A stretch of 64,000 bases of DNA from Takakia lepidozioides (lineage: Eukaryota > Plantae > Bryophyta). Under the pieces are notes generated by a model. That model was not told the DNA's origin and made no database searches. It saw nothing but the letters and a program-made list of their open reading frames with translations. Below, piece after piece: positions 60,692 to 64,000 of the stretch (positions within the stretch are counted from its first letter, which is position 1; each line of letters opens with the position of its first letter). Where the stretch lies: the NCBI GenBank assembly GCA_030704615.1, contig CM060733.1, positions 12,958,001 to 13,022,000 of the forward strand. The letters run 5' to 3'. Position numbers and translations under genes: made by a program.

Positions 60692-63600
60692 TGTCGCTCA
60701 CCTCACTTCGGTAAGCTCCGCTTCACGTCATAGTTACTCGCTTTGATGCGCGCGCCTAACTCCCAAACTGGCCGTCGGGCCAACTCGGAACTTCGGCTGC
60801 TCACCGGGACATAACTGTTTCCCTTTGCTCCTCCTCAAGACCCTCGCTCACTTTGGGAAATTCCCTTGGTTGTTGGCAGTCCGGAACAGCTCCCCACACC
60901 TTGGTTGCTTTCCGGCTCGCACGCTTACTCATTAGTTTTTGGTCACCAACGGGCTTGCACCGTTCTATATATACTTCTGTGACTGTCCGCGGGGTTTCAC
61001 AAACAACACCGTCCTTTTATGGCGAACCACCATGAAGACCCTTGACTCCCGGTATTGAGTCGCGGTGAGTCTTGGCCCACCCTACCACGGCCCCAATGGA
61101 CCGTGATGAGTCCCAAGACTCCCCATGACTCCCACCATAAGGTCTCCGCCCCATGGTGAGTCCTATGCCACCCCCACTAAGACCCACTAAGCTACCACCA
61201 CCCCTCGTGGAACCACCCCCACCGCAACCCGGTGTGCGGGGCTCCACCTGGTGAGCGCCTCCGCCTCCTTGAGTGCCTTGGGCACTCAAGGGTGCTTCAG
61301 CCCCCGTACCTATTGTTGCCACTGCCCCCACCACAGGGGCATCCCCTCTTGTGTCCGACCCCTGCCCTCAAGGCAAAGGCCACGACACACACCCCTACCA
61401 ACAGGGAGTCGATGTCCTCATCAACTTGTCCATTTTATAGAAACTAACATCCAAGTTGTGGAGTCCCACATGAAGGAGTTTGTTTCCGTACCATGGCGTC
61501 CTATGGCAAAGAACCAACCCCCCCACTTGACTCTACTCTCTGCTAGCTAGTTCGGCCGACTTCCTCCAAGTCCCGGCCAAGGGTGGAGCCTCTCCAGCTC
61601 CACCCAGTGCACTCTTCTTGGCCCACTTGAAGGCCAAGGTGCGATCTTCCCCGAGGATCGAATCGCCTTACTGCAACAACATTGCTTGCGACCGCCCATG
61701 ATGCCGCTTTTTAGCATCACCTTGAGCAGGGTTCACCTTGAACCCTTTTGGACTAGGAAGATAACCTTGAACCAACCGTGCGCCCCAATCACTACAATTG
61801 GGTCCGCCTTGGAATGCTGGCTTGAGGTACGGGAACACGCCGAAGCCGCACTACGACTTCGTCCCGAGGTTACACGATTATAGTACGTGAACGGAAGCAC
61901 GTAGCTTCCGTGTTAGCCTGCACTACAAGACAACCCCTCGGTAGCGCAATTATAGTACGTGCACTCGCCAAGTGCGCACTAGCACGTGAACTCCCAAAGA
62001 AGGCGCAAGTTTCCTTGCCACTTGGATGGGAGTCACCTGATTTTGGCACCGCGCAAACACACGATTAATCCAATTTACCTCTCCACTTTTGTAAGCTAGC
62101 ATGCATTCTACACACTAGCCAACCATACATGCATTACCATTCCAAACAAATATGAAGCACAACATTTAGAAACATTTCATTTATAAACAAAATTTGTACA
62201 CACAAGTTTTTGCAATCGGATTCCTGAGCTAGCTAAGCCGGACTAAACATGCATTTCCTCCCCCACGATCCAAGATTGATGTCCCCATCAACGCTTCTTC
62301 CGCTTTTGAGGTCGCCCTTTGAAAGCTGCAACCGCCTCAGATGAGTTTCCCATTTCTGAGGCACGCACCTAAGTTGCCTCCACTTGATGATAGCCCTTCC
62401 ATTTCACGAGATACTCCGTTTCTCGATTCTTGAACCTCCTCGACTTAAGCATTGCCTCCACCTCGTACTCAGGTTCATTTTCATGATCCAACAGCACAGG
62501 TGGCGGACGCAATACTTAATGCCGATTCAGACGTGCTTCATCTTTGAAGTAAGGCTTCAAAAGGCAAACGTGGAATACCGGATGCACCTTGCTGTTTGTC
62601 GGTAGCCCCAATTCATACACATCCTCATTCATAACCTTCCGGATGCGAAAGGGCCCCGCATACGGAGGTACGAACTTTGGACTCACTTTTGGAGGTAGTA
62701 AAAAATTCTTGATGTTCAACCAAACCTCCGTGCCTGCCTCAAACTTAATTTCCCTCCGCTTCCGATTCGCCTACCGTTCATATCATTTCCTAGCTTTGGC
62801 AATGTTGTACTTTGCGAGCTCCAACAAACGTTTGCGTTTTTCCAGCACCACTGCTGCTGTCGGTTCCTCAACGTCCTGGGCGGCCCAACTTGTCGGCACC
62901 AGAGGTGCTTTTCCATAGACCAATACGAAAGGGGAAACTCCCGTTGCGGAGTGCTTTGTGTTATTATAACAGAACTCTGCCACATCCAAGTGCTCCACCC
63001 AGTCTGACTGGTTTGCCGACACATAATTCCGCAAGATCTGCTTCACCACGGAATTCACTCTTTCCGTTTGGCCGTCCGTTGTAGGTCGGAAGGCCGTGCT
63101 CATCTTGAGCCTCGTCCCCATTTTCTTCCAAAGTGTTCTCCAAAATTTACTTGTAAACTTTGGATCGCTGTCCGAGACAATATCCTTCGGGAGTCAATGA
63201 TGCTTGAAGACGTGGGCGAAGTAAAGTCTCTCCGTCTCCTGCGCCGTTGCCGTCTCCTTGGTGGGAATGAAATGGCCCATTTTACTGAACCTATCCACCA
63301 CCACCATGATTGCATCGAATCCTTTTGATAGCGGCAAAGCAGTCATGAAATCCATCGAGACACTTTCCCAAGACCCCTCTGGAATCGGCAAGGGTTGTAA
63401 CAGCCCCGCTTGCTTTTTGTACTCGCTTCGGTTTTGTTGGCATGTGGTGCATGTCTTGACATATTCCTCGGCCTCTTCCCTCAGTTTGGGCCAGAAATAC
63501 TCTTTCTTCAAGAGTGTCGCGGTGCACTTGGCTCCGCCGTGGTCCGCAAGCAGGCCCTCATGACATTCTCTCAAGAGACTATCTCTGATCCCTCCCTTCG

Positions 63601-64000
63601 GCACGTAGAGACGCTTTTGCTTGTACCGGAGTTGTCCATTGTGCAAGTCGAACTACGATTTAACCCCCAACCTCAAGTCCCGCATCGCGGACTTTGCCAT
63701 CTCATCCTTCCGGTTAGCCTTCCGGATCTTTCTTTAGAGCGACGTCTTGCCCATATACACCAACATGAGCTGCTTCTTTGTACTTAAAGCATCGGCCACC
63801 ACATTGTCCCGTTCCGGTTTGTACTAGATATCCATGTTGAACACTGCCAAAGTGTCTTGCCATCTAAGTTGTTTTGGAGACAATATAGGCTGTGTGGCAA
63901 AATACTTCACCGTGACATTGTCCGTGAACACCTTCACCGGGTTGGAACCAACATAGTGGCGCCAAAGCTCAAGGCAATGCACCACTGTCTTCATTTCTTT
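60692..64000 (-). mobile_element. Chromovirus Ty3/Gypsy element (Galadriel/Tcn1-like), 3' part; continues beyond window
   Basis: Terminal ...GAGCGACA at 60692. RNase H, integrase and chromodomain on the minus strand. Confidence 0.92.
62290..64000 (-). pseudogene. pol: Pol C-terminus: RNase H, integrase, GPY/F motif, chromodomain
   Basis: NVVADALS; RECH..ADHGG..CTTCQ; VSMDFM, VVDRFSK, DGQTER; YAGPFRI; chromodomain EYEVEAML...EYLVKWKGY. Premature stops present. Confidence 0.93.

Overview
Eukaryotic land-plant DNA, probably a bryophyte. This is inferred from a miR529 hairpin, GT-AG introns and the TE families present. The window is dominated by transposable elements. (1) A full-length, decaying Ty3/Gypsy element at 10550-18567 has a -1 frameshift pseudoknot, a dUTPase-like domain between protease and RT, and circularly permuted LTRs: an internal CA-GA-TG att-like junction follows the PPT and the terminal 10 bp sit at the far right end, as expected if a 2-LTR circle had integrated. 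This is the most unusual feature. (2) An IS3EU-like DNA transposon at 23669-25508 has TATGG termini, a 6-bp TSD and an intron-containing transposase remnant. (3) A MIR529 hairpin lies at about 6984-7090. (4) A degenerate L1-type LINE on the minus strand is interrupted by a Mutator-like element with a 9-bp TSD, and further members of that family occur at 54.5-60.7 kb. (5) There are several hAT MITEs with 8-bp TSDs (nested and tandem), SINEs and a 74-bp TA-flanked MITE. (6) A multi-exon host gene encodes a long coiled-coil protein, with nine phase-consistent exons at 45016-51998 and possible 5' exons at 26.4-28.7 kb. (7) A chromodomain-bearing Gypsy element on the minus strand runs off the right edge. 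All calls were made by eye, without database searches.
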